The translations under genes and the position numbers were made by a program. From positions 14,549 through 78,548 of the IMG/VR virus record IMGVR_UViG_3300042896_000648: a stretch of 64,000 nucleotides of DNA, one strand, 5' to 3'. How positions within the stretch are numbered: position 1 is the stretch's first letter; each line of letters begins with the position of its first letter. The notes beneath the pieces are model-generated. The model saw only the letters and a list, made by a program, of their open reading frames with translations, did not search any database and was not told where the DNA came from. Of the stretch, positions 53,538-63,386 are shown piece after piece. This DNA comes from a virus.

Positions 53538-54545
53538 TTAGTCGGCTACTACGATTATTTTATAACAAATAGAGCCTGCTACGTTACAAGCATTTAACAC
53601 TTCTTTGGTAAACTTGTACTCGCCTACAGGTAGTCCTGTTGCTGCGGTAATTACACCTGTTACTGGGTCTACTTCAATCAAGGCTGCTAGTTCTACACTT
53701 AGTGCATCAAAGCAGTTTTCATAAAGCGCATAAGTACCACATGATACAAGCTCGTTCACCGGTGAATCAATCGTGAATAATGTGTTCTCTACTACTGTAA
53801 AGGCTTCACAACCACCAATTGAACCACAAGCCGCTGCACTAGCACCTGTTACTACTGTTTCGTCAAAAGTAAATTTAACTTCTTTCTTCAACTCACGTAA
53901 GAAAGTAGTTGCATTTGATGCTACACTCATTCCTGCTTGCTTAGTGCCTTTCTCTTTGAATTGGATAGAACCTGCAATGTACTCATTCTTATCACCTACA
54001 ATCTCAAAGCCTGCATCTGTCATAGTAATGGTATAACCATCTCCTGCTCTTAATACAAAGCCTCCTCTGTTGGTGAATTGAATCAATGAGAAACTAGATT
54101 CACGTCTTAACATTAAGTCAAAAAACTCGATGTTAGGTACAAGTAATTGACCTAAATCATAGTCTGATACTGCTTCGTAAAACTTACGTGTGTCAGAGAA
54201 ATAGTTGCCTGGCTGTTCATTAAAGGTCATTGTAGGCTTGGCCTTAGTTCCTTTTTTAATAGTCTTGTGACTAAGTAAGGTATAGTAGCTTCCACCACCT
54301 TCACAGGCGAATAAGCGGTCTTTTACCCATTGTAACAAAGTTTCGATTTCGTTACATGCGGTAATCACTACTGGTGTTTCGGAGGTTGTTATTGTAACAG
54401 TATCTCCGATTGCTGGGATGTCATCATTCTCAATGATGGCCAGCGCTGGTATTGTCGAATCTATTCGTGCAGAATCTTCACACAGTGTTTTGAAAAACTG
54501 TGCGTCCTCTTCACAACAGAATCTTGGAACGCAATTAAATGACAT
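53538..54545 (-). CDS. Putative major tail (tube) protein with C-terminal Ig-like domain
   Basis: 335 aa, acidic and beta-rich, C-terminal VDPVTGVIT..GL..G.Y.F Ig-like motif. Confidence 0.45.
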   Translation of the reverse strand: MSFNCVPRFCCEEDAQFFKTLCEDSARIDSTIPALAIIENDDIPAIGDTVTITTSETPVVITACNEIETLLQWVKDRLFACEGGGSYYTLLSHKTIKKGTKAKPTMTFNEQPGNYFSDTRKFYEAVSDYDLGQLLVPNIEFFDLMLRRESSFSLIQFTNRGGFVLRAGDGYTITMTDAGFEIVGDKNEYIAGSIQFKEKGTKQAGMSVASNATTFLRELKKEVKFTFDETVVTGASAAACGSIGGCEAFTVVENTLFTIDSPVNELVSCGTYALYENCFDALSVELAALIEVDPVTGVITAATGLPVGEYKFTKEVLNACNVAGSICYKIIVVAD

Positions 54546-54598
54546 AGTCGTTTTATTTAAAAGTTTAACTTAATTTAAGGGTTAGTCGCTGGCACAAC

Positions 54599-55198
54599 TC
54601 AAATTGGTACTGTAATTATCTTATGAAGCACTAGCATTGGGTGTTCCATTCTACAAATAGGATTGTTCTTATCTTTAAGTCCTATTGTGTGTCCTACACC
54701 TACTGTTAGTGTTCCTAATTCTTCTATTGTATCTACCCACTCTCCACTATCTAGTCGGTAGGCTATTACTCCGCTACTTTCTGTATTTAATAGTGTTATA
54801 GTGGCTAGGCTTCCTGTTACAGAAGTTTTAATATCTGTTATTCTTATATAGCATGGTACGTCATCGCCACAGTCGACACATCCTACATCCTTACTCTTTA
54901 CGATTACGTGGCTACTTATGGCTTTACATATTGGGTCTGAAACTTGAAGCTTTACTACATTACCCGCTTTTAACTTCTTGTTCAACTCGATCACTCCCAT
55001 ACCATCATATATTACTCCTACACCTCCTGTTATTAACTCGGCCACTCTTGTACCGTCTGGCATATCACAAGTAAATGCAATAAACAGTTGGTCTTCGTAA
55101 AGGTCGCCTATAATACTTGGGGTTTTACAATCAATACAGCACGCTGGGAAAGTAATGAAATTACTCTCGTCTGCAATAATTGTAGTTATTTCGTACAT
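54599..55198 (-). CDS. Virion protein paralogous to an internal module of 55209-58412
   Basis: CCIDCKTPSI..MPDGT.V..G.GVIE..Y.LDSG.W..H....K...NP.C aligns by eye with CCIACETPLI.. in the large ORF. Confidence 0.6.
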   Translation of the reverse strand: MYEITTIIADESNFITFPACCIDCKTPSIIGDLYEDQLFIAFTCDMPDGTRVAELITGGVGVIYDGMGVIELNKKLKAGNVVKLQVSDPICKAISSHVIVKSKDVGCVDCGDDVPCYIRITDIKTSVTGSLATITLLNTESSGVIAYRLDSGEWVDTIEELGTLTVGVGHTIGLKDKNNPICRMEHPMLVLHKIITVPI

Positions 55199-55208
55199 AA
55201 TATTCTAT

Positions 55209-58200
55209 TTAACACGCTCCATTTGAGGTGCATGATGTTCCAAGATTTGATGTTAATACTCCGTATGTGCTAGGTACAGTACTGTAATCGGCACATTTTA
55301 CGCTTATTCCTGCATATATTGTGTGAGGGATTGCATACGCATCTCCAATTTCCTTATAGGTAATACTTGTAGGGTAGCCTGTGTTATTCACAAACCTTAC
55401 ACAAGTGAAGTTTCCTGTTGGTGCTACTACTGCTGTTTCTTGAAGCGTGTATGTCTCTGATTTAGAAACTTTATTCGTTCCACTACATCCTATATCTACA
55501 CTCAAACTACAAGCAAATGCTGTCATATTATTTCCCCAAAGCACTGAAATTGTTGCAGTACCTTGTCCGCTTACTATCGTACCGCCCGTACATATCCAAA
55601 ATATATATGCTTGGCTTCCACCACCCGTTGTTACTGTATAGCTTACTGTTGTTTCTTTTACAGGGTAGCTAATTGGGCTTATACTTGCGGTTGTTGGCGC
55701 TACACAATTTATTGGCACTCTTACTCCCTGTAAGGTTAATAAAAGTGATCCTACTGTATAGTCAGAGCTACTACATCCTACTGCTAGTGAAAGTCCAGAC
55801 CTTAATAGTCCTGTATTTGTTCCCCATGTAATTGTTACACTCATTGTGCCTTGTCCACTTACTATCGTGCCTCCTGTGCATAGCCAATTCTTGTAGTTTT
55901 GTCCACCACCACTTGTAGTTGCTGTATAAGTTACTGTGCTTCCTACTGTTGGGTTGCTTGTTGGCGTTACCGTTACTGTGGTTGGCGATGTACAGCCTGG
56001 TTGTGGGTTATTTCCATTTGGTGGTACTACTATTGGGTCTGGTATCGGGTTTGGTGTTGGTGTTGTATTAGGGTCTGGTATTGCAAGCCCTGTACATGAT
56101 GCACAACTCGTAAACCCTACGTTGGCTACACTGTGTGTTGCTGTGCCTAGTACAAGTCCGTTTATTACTCCACATATTCCGTAGTTGGTTTGGATTATTG
56201 CTCCTGTACCTACTGATAGGTTTGTGTTTACAAATGTTATCCCTCCCGTACAGTTAGTCATGGAGTATACGTAGTTTTGTACAGGTGTGCTTGCTCCTGT
56301 GCAATCGCCACAACTCGTAAACCCTACATTAGCTATTGACTCTGTCGCTGTTCCTGTTGTAGTTCCTTCTATTGTTCCGCAAGTGCCTAAGTTAGTTTGT
56401 ACTACTTGTCCTAGCATACCTGTGAAGTTTTGATTCACTAAAATAGTAGAACCACTTAAACAACCTCTCATTTGATATACAGTAGCTCCTCCTACTCCGC
56501 CTGTTCCACCACCACCTGTTACGGGTGGTACTACTGTGCTTGTTACATAAGTAGTATATACTTCTATTGGGTAGGTTACATTACAGCTTGGGTTAGCTAC
56601 ATTCTTTATCGTCAGTGTGTGTTTGCTTCCTATTTCAAAACTTCCTATTTCAGACCAACTTGATTTCCAAGCGCCTGAATCTAACTTGTAATTAAGTTTA
56701 CTGTCGGTTTTTACATCTAGCTTTGTTATGTTTCCAAAAACTCCGTTTACTGTTTCTACCTCTATGTTTCTTATGCTTATGCTACAGTTGTCGTTTTCGC
56801 AAGTTTCGCATACTTCAGGTACTTCTACCACTACTACTGTTTCGCTACTTGCTGTGCAGTTAGTTCCTATTGCTTGTATTTGTACTACTTGTCCTAGTGT
56901 TAATGCGGGCACTTCAATTATGCCTACACCGTTAAACGTCAACCCAGTTAAGATTCCTCCTACTAGCTCTACAGGCGTGCTGTCGGGCATATTTAGTAGG
57001 TAAGGTATGATCGTGTCGCCTACGTGTAGTTCGCTTGTTATAAGAGGTGTTTCACAAGCAATACAACATTCGGGTATATTAAATATCTCCGAGCTTGTGC
57101 TTGTTGTTGCTTCTACAAGTTCTCCTATACTGTCTAGTACTAGAGTTGTGGCGTAAACTACATAGTCTGTATCTTCTAGTATGTCGGGGCTTTTAACGCT
57201 CCAAATACCGTCTTTAATTATTCCGTTAGCTATAGGTGCGCTCGCTCCTGTTACGGGGTAGGTATATACTGTTATTATTCCATCAGTTACAAAGTCTGCC
57301 GTTCCACTTAGCGTTCCACACATTACACAAGTTTTTGTGCAACTCTGCTCTTCGTCTATCGTTACAGTTCCACCGGCTACTCCATCTATTCTTAATCCTG
57401 CTGCGTGATATGCGTGGCCTGATTCTATCGCACTTGAACTAGCTACCCAATTTGCTCCATCTGCTATACCACCCGCTACTAATTCATCGCCTATATAAAT
57501 AGCTACTTGGCCTACGAAATCCGCAGTACCCGTTAGTGTCATTTGGTAGTCACACTTCTTATTACATAGGTTGTACTCGGTAATTTCGGGGATTGAAAAA
57601 CACCCTTCATTGGCTACTGTTACAAATACAGAGTCGCCTCCATCTTCTAATGTTATCTCTAATGTTTGTCCGCCTAATTCTGTTAATGAAATAGGGTTGA
57701 ACTCAAATTCCTTGTAAAAGTCTCCACTAATAATAGCGGTAGCTATAAGTATTCCACCACCATAAAGATACGCTTCACTTCCTTCTGTTGCATATACAGC
57801 TACTCCATTAATAACAGTAGTTGTACAATCTATCGTTTCTGTTGTTATTGATGCTACAGGCTCGTATACAGGGCAAGTAGCTGTGGCTGTAGCTGATGTA
57901 TAACCACCTGAATAGGAGTATATTCCACTCGTGTATATTCTTAACTCTACCGAAGTTGTTGCACCACTAAGGAAAGATACGTCTGATATAAATGCGGCTT
58001 GCCTTTCCTTTGTGCCTGTTCCATCTAGGTAGGCAAATGCTTCAATCTCTGTTCCTCCATCAAACTTTATCTTGGCTGTATCTACACCCCAAGTTGCTCC
58101 TAATCCGCTAGTTCCTGCAATGTGTGTGATGTAGCCTGTTCCGCATTCGTGTAGCCAAGCACCATAATAGTTGCTTAAATAGCCGTAATGGATAGTTAAT

Positions 58201-58412
58201 CCATTAATAATGATGTCGAAATATCCGAGATTTGATGTGGTGGCGGTGAATACGTAACGGGTAAGTCCTACATCCCAAGTTGGTGAAGTTCCTATGCCTC
58301 CATTCCAACTCATTGTGATTACATCGGCTTCTAGTACGTCATATACGTATAGCCCGTCTACCTGATTCGGATTGGCACTTGATTGGTTCTGATAATTAAG
58401 GAATAACTTCAT
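55209..58412 (-). CDS. Large Cys-rich Ig/PKD-like multidomain virion surface protein
   Basis: Repeated W.CTGGTIVSGQGT..I.V.W PKD-like units, duplicated ANVGFTSC..CTG units and Pro/Thr linkers. Confidence 0.65.
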   Translation of the reverse strand: MKLFLNYQNQSSANPNQVDGLYVYDVLEADVITMSWNGGIGTSPTWDVGLTRYVFTATTSNLGYFDIIINGLTIHYGYLSNYYGAWLHECGTGYITHIAGTSGLGATWGVDTAKIKFDGGTEIEAFAYLDGTGTKERQAAFISDVSFLSGATTSVELRIYTSGIYSYSGGYTSATATATCPVYEPVASITTETIDCTTTVINGVAVYATEGSEAYLYGGGILIATAIISGDFYKEFEFNPISLTELGGQTLEITLEDGGDSVFVTVANEGCFSIPEITEYNLCNKKCDYQMTLTGTADFVGQVAIYIGDELVAGGIADGANWVASSSAIESGHAYHAAGLRIDGVAGGTVTIDEEQSCTKTCVMCGTLSGTADFVTDGIITVYTYPVTGASAPIANGIIKDGIWSVKSPDILEDTDYVVYATTLVLDSIGELVEATTSTSSEIFNIPECCIACETPLITSELHVGDTIIPYLLNMPDSTPVELVGGILTGLTFNGVGIIEVPALTLGQVVQIQAIGTNCTASSETVVVVEVPEVCETCENDNCSISIRNIEVETVNGVFGNITKLDVKTDSKLNYKLDSGAWKSSWSEIGSFEIGSKHTLTIKNVANPSCNVTYPIEVYTTYVTSTVVPPVTGGGGTGGVGGATVYQMRGCLSGSTILVNQNFTGMLGQVVQTNLGTCGTIEGTTTGTATESIANVGFTSCGDCTGASTPVQNYVYSMTNCTGGITFVNTNLSVGTGAIIQTNYGICGVINGLVLGTATHSVANVGFTSCASCTGLAIPDPNTTPTPNPIPDPIVVPPNGNNPQPGCTSPTTVTVTPTSNPTVGSTVTYTATTSGGGQNYKNWLCTGGTIVSGQGTMSVTITWGTNTGLLRSGLSLAVGCSSSDYTVGSLLLTLQGVRVPINCVAPTTASISPISYPVKETTVSYTVTTGGGSQAYIFWICTGGTIVSGQGTATISVLWGNNMTAFACSLSVDIGCSGTNKVSKSETYTLQETAVVAPTGNFTCVRFVNNTGYPTSITYKEIGDAYAIPHTIYAGISVKCADYSTVPSTYGVLTSNLGTSCTSNGAC

Positions 58413-58441
58413 TTAAATTCTGAGTGGGTCAGATTGTGCTA

Positions 58442-58531
58442 CAAAAATATACACTATTATGGGGTTATTTTTATATTTTAATATTAAATTCTTGCAATCT
58501 TTTGTAAAATGGATTAATTTTATTATATTTG
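58442..58531. promoter_or_regulatory. Divergent promoters: late-type (minus, 58442-58466) and early-type (plus, 58501-58531)
   Basis: AACC-N13-TATTTTTG and TTTG..TATATTTG. Confidence 0.6.
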
Positions 58532-59287
58532 TAATGAATTTAAATAAAAAAGAATGAAAATAGAAGTAAATAATATAACTGTAGAAGCTTGCTTAGAGTG
58601 GCTTTCCAAAAGTCCAGCTAATGTATTAATTGATATTAATATTAGCGAAATTATTAGATACTTGTTAAAGGAGGTCAGCGATTTAAAAGAAATAGTAAAT
58701 AAAATTGAATATGAAAGAGAGCAACAAGAATATTTAGAAATGGGGGATGATCTATGAAAAATATAAAAAAGAAGTTAAAATATGAATTTAAATAAAAACG
58801 AATGAAAATAAAAGTAACAGAGGATTTGGGTATCCAATTAGAAGAAGTTTTTAGTGGATTAACTCTAAAAACAGAGAGTGGCGAAACAATGTCAATTTGT
58901 ATGCGAGATAGTGGATTTGAGTTCAATTATGAAGGTAATTGGTATTTTGCAAAAGAAGGTTATGTTGAACCATTCCTCAAATCAGTTAGAGATAATTATT
59001 TAGTTTCTGAACTACAAAGGCACGAACATAATTCAGATATAAATGCAATGCCTATTAATAATGGTTTTTATATGGATGGTTTGATTTAAAAAATAATGAA
59101 AGTAAAAATAAACCTGCGTGATTATGTGTATACATGTGGCGATGGCTGTTGTACTGATTACGGAACTGTAACTACGGTTAATGGAGTTGAACTAGACTGT
59201 CATAACGAAGATAGAGTAACAATACTTACAAAAGTACTCGAACACTTGGGATATGAGGTGGAGATAGAGGAAAGTTATGATGGTGAA

Positions 59288-59895
59288 TAACGGAACGCAA
59301 CTAAACGCAGTTTAAATTTAATAATATGGATGAACAAATAAATGGTGTAGTTGAAACTATCCAACAACTTGAAAAGGAAAACGCAGAGCTTAAATTGCGT
59401 TTAGTTGCTGTTATGCAACGAAGTGAACAGTTAGAAGCCTTTATTGATGAATATATAGAAGCTTGGGAAGATGGTATGGCTGGTGATAGTGGATTAGTAT
59501 ATGATGCAAGGAAGTTAAAGGCTTCTAATTGCACATAACTTTAAAAATAACCGCAGTTTGCCTATACGGTTAGTTGATTCGGCAAATTGAGGTTATTGAT
59601 TGTTATATTCTCGGCTTTTTTTCACTAACAAATTAAATAAAAAATCATGAAAATAGTAAAGTACAAATGCAATCTTTGTCAAGAAGAAAAAGAAAGAGCA
59701 GAATTGACTGCTTTTTACTTTAAATGCGATATTATTCCTCAAAGATACGTTTTGGATAAAAGCAAAATAGATGAATGTGATAAGCATATTTGCGAAAAAT
59801 GTATAGAAACAATAATTGCAAATATTATTTAGCAAAATTATAGCTTGAGTAGCTTTCGCTAGAAAGTTGCTCAAGCTGGAATATAACAACTATAT
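59288..59895 (-). mobile_element. Integron-like cassette array 2 (two attC-like sites plus terminal half-site)
   Basis: Inverted repeats 59297-59315/59390-59408 and 59546-59562/59581-59597 framed by TAAC..GTTA. Cassette ends GTTATG/CATAAC and GTTATATTC/GAATATAAC. Confidence 0.65.
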
Positions 59896-60860
59896 ATACT
59901 ACTACTAACTTAACTAATTGATTTTTAATTAATTGAAATATAGAAAACTCAAAGCAAACAAAAAAGATTGAGAACATGATAGAAAAAGAAATAGAAATAC
60001 TAAAGAAACTCGCTCACATCATTAATATTAATGAAATTGAAGCGGTACTTGTACTTTCGCCATTTGCCCTGCGTAATTGTATTCGTTATGGCTGTTGTAA
60101 AGAAGTGAAATCCAGGCAAAATGAGTTTAAACAATTTGTAAATGATCGGTTTATATGAAAAAAGAGGAATTTAGAATTGGAAATTTCGTTGAGTATAAAG
60201 GTATAATCGCTACAGTACTAGAGGTATTTAATAGTGGTGGCAGTTATCTTACAACTATTGAATACGAAGTTCCATTAGGCCAGAAAATGATTAAAAGTGT
60301 TGAAATATTATCAGATTCATTAAAGAAAATTCCACTAACTAAAGATTCGCTGGTTAAATTCAATTTCATACATAGTGAAGCTACGCCTAATATGTGGTTC
60401 TTGCCTGAAGTTAATTTTGAGATTTACTACTTCGAGTTTCCTTCGGGTTCACTAGAGAATGGATTTTACTTTAATATTCGACATCCCTATGATGTTCACG
60501 TTAAGTGGGTGCATCAGTTACAAAATTTAGTTTACAGTTTAAAAGATATTGAATTATGAAACTATTCAAAACAATCTTAAAATGTGCCTTTGAAGCCCTT
60601 ATTATGATAGTCTTCAGCATTATTATTGTAATTTCTGTTCTTTTATCCATGTACTTAATTAGTTTTCTATGAAAAATTCATATATCGAAGTAAAACTGTT
60701 CACAGAAGAACAAGCCATAACAATTATGCCTAATCTGAATAGAGATGGAGTAAAAATTTCTATTTCAGAGGAGGGAAGGGAAACTGTTGGGATATATTTA
60801 ACAAGCCAAGAAGCAGAGGATTTTGCTGATGAAATAAAAAAGTACATTAAATAAAAAAAA

Positions 60861-61352
60861 ATGGAAAAAAATTTAAAATTAAGTAACAACCTTAATAGTA
60901 TTGAAGAAATATGCACTATTTCACACTTGCAAGATGTAAATACAGACTTAATACTTATGATGCTTGGACAAAAGATTGGGAGCGGTTCGTACAGGAGTGT
61001 TTATAATTACAATATGAACGATAAGCTAGTTGTTAAAATAGAACCAAATTCAACTGAACAGAACATTTCAGAATTTATTATGTGGGATGAAATAAGAGGC
61101 TTAAAGGAAGATAAGGCTTGGGTTAAAGATTGGTTTGCACCTATTCATTGGTGTAGCCCAAATGGAAAGATTTTAATTATGGAGAAGACATTTCAAAAAA
61201 ATAAGCCAAAGCCAAAAGAAATTCCGAAGTTTCTTTCAGATGTAAAGTCGGCTAATTTTGGATGGATAGGTAATAAATATGTTTGCCATGATTATGGGTT
61301 TATATATCCATTCATAGAATATAAAAAATCATTTAAAAAAGTAATTTGGTAA
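60861..61352 (+). CDS. Minimal protein-kinase-like protein
   Basis: Gly loop IGSGSYRSVY, VVKIE, helix-C E, catalytic DVKSAN, DYG in place of DFG. Confidence 0.65.
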   Translation: MEKNLKLSNNLNSIEEICTISHLQDVNTDLILMMLGQKIGSGSYRSVYNYNMNDKLVVKIEPNSTEQNISEFIMWDEIRGLKEDKAWVKDWFAPIHWCSPNGKILIMEKTFQKNKPKPKEIPKFLSDVKSANFGWIGNKYVCHDYGFIYPFIEYKKSFKKVIW

Positions 61353-61560
61353 TGACCTACACTATCATTTATCGCAAAGATAACCAGCTGTTTCGGGTAA
61401 AACTTAACGGCTATACCGTAGAAGGTGTTATTGAGAAGTTCCGTGAGAAGGAAACCTTTAAAAACGTGCGAATTACGTCCGTATCTGAATATATTGAGCC
61501 GGTAAAGCCTAAATATTCAGATTTTGGTAGTATATTTGGAGATATATTTAAATAAATAAG

Positions 61561-61908
61561 ATGCCAATAAATTATAAATTATATCCTCCTGATTGGAGTG
61601 AAATAAGAAAAAGAATTTTAGAGCGAGCCAATGATTCTTGTGAAATGTGTGGATTAAATAATAAGTCTAAAATCCACTCATTTAAAGAAAATAAAGTTAC
61701 TATTTGGCGTGATTTAAGCTATGCCGAATGGTTAGATAGAGGTTCGCCAAAGCATATTACGGTTGTTTTAACTATCGCACATTTAGATCACGATGAAACT
61801 AACCACGAAGTTAAAGACGATAGATTAATGGCTTTATGTCAGCTTTGTCATTTAAGATACGATATAGAAGAAAAAAATAAAAGAAGGATTTCAAAATGGA
61901 AGAAGTAG
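61561..61908 (+). CDS. HNH endonuclease
   Basis: YP.DW..IR..IL.RA...CE.CG..VLTIAHLDHD..N..L.ALCQ.CHL.YD. Confidence 0.85.
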   Translation: MPINYKLYPPDWSEIRKRILERANDSCEMCGLNNKSKIHSFKENKVTIWRDLSYAEWLDRGSPKHITVVLTIAHLDHDETNHEVKDDRLMALCQLCHLRYDIEEKNKRRISKWKK

Positions 61909-62093
61909 AAATGTTATTGATTTCAAAGGGTTTTAATAAAACGGTAAAGCCATCGAACTTATTTATTAATAATAAGTGTTCTATATATATTAACGGATAC
62001 TATAGAGTAGACTTTAATGGGAGTTCTTGGTTTTCGAATAGCTTATCTGTTTATGAATTACTAGGATTTTTAACTTATTACGATTTAATATAA

Positions 62094-62167
62094 GCATTTG
62101 TGGTGAAGTGGTTTAACATCTCGGCTTGCAACACCGATATTCGGGGGTTCGAATCCCTCCAAATGCT
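62094..62167 (+). tRNA. trnC: tRNA-Cys(GCA)
   Basis: GCATTTG/CAAATGC acceptor, loop TTGCAAC, GGTTCGAATCC T-arm, U73 discriminator. No encoded CCA. Confidence 0.85.
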
Positions 62168-62186
62168 CTAACTAAACAACAAGATT

Positions 62187-62339
62187 ATGCCACTAAAGAA
62201 AGGAAAAAAGAATGTTGGTAAAAACATTCGAGAAGAAAAAAGAAAGCACCCTGAAATGAGTGATAAACAAGTACTTGCTATAGCTTTGTCGGCCGCAGGA
62301 GTAAAGAAAAAGAAAAAGAAGAAAAAGAAGAAAGAATGA
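62187..62339 (+). CDS. Small basic protein (MPLKKGKK..QVLAIALS..poly-K)
   Basis: 50-aa ORF read by hand, coupled to ORF 62336. Confidence 0.6.
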   Translation: MPLKKGKKNVGKNIREEKRKHPEMSDKQVLAIALSAAGVKKKKKKKKKKE

Positions 62340-62946
62340 GAAAAGCACACGGTTACATAATCGAAAGAGTTATTTATTATGATAAAGAACTTGGTATTAC
62401 TGATTCATATTCGCAAAATAATAAATATTACGCAACTTTAAAGCACGCAGAAGAAGCAATAAGTAAAATAAGAGAAAATTATCCTACTTGCGAGTTTCGA
62501 TTAGTTGAAATGTTTGAAACCTATACAGGAAAGTGTAGCGAAGGAATACATTGGTATGTTTGGTTTTACGAAAATAATAGGCCGGTAAAAAGAAAGTGTA
62601 GATTTTGTGAAAAAGAAGAAATAATTTTATAAAAATGAATATACCAGAAAATTTACTCGATGATGAAGGTTATCCAACAGAAGAAATACTTGAATTCATT
62701 ACCAAATACGAACCTAATGAGGATATTGAAGACTTCGTGGAACTAATTAGATCTATTTGGTGGCGTAAAGGTTGGGGCTTTAAAAAATATCGGTATAAAG
62801 GCCGAACTAAATTAGAACTACATACAGGCGGTTGGAGCGGTAATGAAGAGATAATGTCAGCCATAGAATCCAATCGCATACTAGGTATTTTCCTTAGGAA
62901 GACTATGTGGAAAAGAGGCGGACATTATTATTATGAATATTTTTAA
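62336..62946 (+). other. Two hypothetical ORFs (62336-62632, 62635-62946)
   Basis: Coupled ORFs. The second has an LHTGGWSGNE..W.RGGHY motif. Confidence 0.6.
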
Positions 62947-62976
62947 AAAATAATTTTTATTTATGATAAATTATAT

Positions 62977-62984
62977 TATATTTG
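62977..62984 (+). promoter_or_regulatory. Promoter -7 element of the tRNA operon (TATATTTG)
   Basis: Consensus match 4 nt before the leader ATG. Confidence 0.7.
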
Positions 62985-62988
62985 CATT

Positions 62989-63039
62989 ATGAAAAGAATT
63001 TTAACATATTGCTATTCTAGTTGGTCGACCAAAAGTTGA
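62989..63039 (+). CDS. Putative attenuator leader peptide MKRILTYCYSSWSTKS
   Basis: 16-codon, probably leaderless ORF with the run TAT TGC TAT TCT AGT TGG TCG. Confidence 0.7.
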   Translation: MKRILTYCYSSWSTKS

Positions 63040-63069
63040 ATCAAGTAGAATATCTGTGTAAAAGCTTAT

Positions 63070-63101
63070 ACCTCCTTGATTCACTTCTTGGAGGTTTTTT
63101 T
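63070..63101 (+). terminator. Conditional (attenuator) terminator before the tRNA operon
   Basis: ACCTCC..GGAGGT plus T-run, overlapped by the alternative helix TGAATCAAG/CTTGATTCA. Confidence 0.75.
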
Positions 63102-63108
63102 ATTATAC

Positions 63109-63181
63109 GCATCTCAATGCTAAGGCAAAGCGAGTTGGTCTCCAAAACCGACTGAATTAGGTTCGATACCTAAGAGGTGTG
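63109..63181 (+). tRNA. trnW: tRNA-Trp(CCA)
   Basis: Cloverleaf with anticodon loop CTCCAAA. Confidence 0.85.
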
Positions 63182-63190
63182 CAGTTATAT

Positions 63191-63272
63191 TGTAAAGTTG
63201 AGCAGGTGGTGAGCAACATAGGTCTGTAAAACCTATCCTTCGGGTGTGCTGGTTCGATTCCAGTCTTTACAA
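63191..63272 (+). tRNA. trnY: tRNA-Tyr(GTA)
   Basis: TGTAAAG/CTTTACA acceptor, loop CTGTAAA, variable arm CCTTCGGG. Confidence 0.88.
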
Positions 63273-63298
63273 CAAGTATCGGTAGGGTACTTAATTAT

Positions 63299-63381
63299 GG
63301 AGGTGGTCTGAATGGACGAAGACACGGTCTTGAAAACCGCTGGCCGTAAAAGGCTTACAGGTTCGATTCCTGTTGCCTCCG
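63299..63381 (+). tRNA. trnS: tRNA-Ser(TGA)
   Basis: GGAGGTG/TGCCTCC acceptor, loop CTTGAAA, long variable arm, G73. Confidence 0.88.
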
Positions 63382-63386
63382 CATAT

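Larger units (their letters stand above)
58554..62093 (+). other. Early-type island of small ORFs
   Basis: Packed plus-strand ORFs downstream of the promoter at 58524. Confidence 0.65.

Noticed and set aside
62168-62350. Poly-Phe minus-strand ORF
   Set aside because: Antisense of the Lys-rich small basic gene at 62187.
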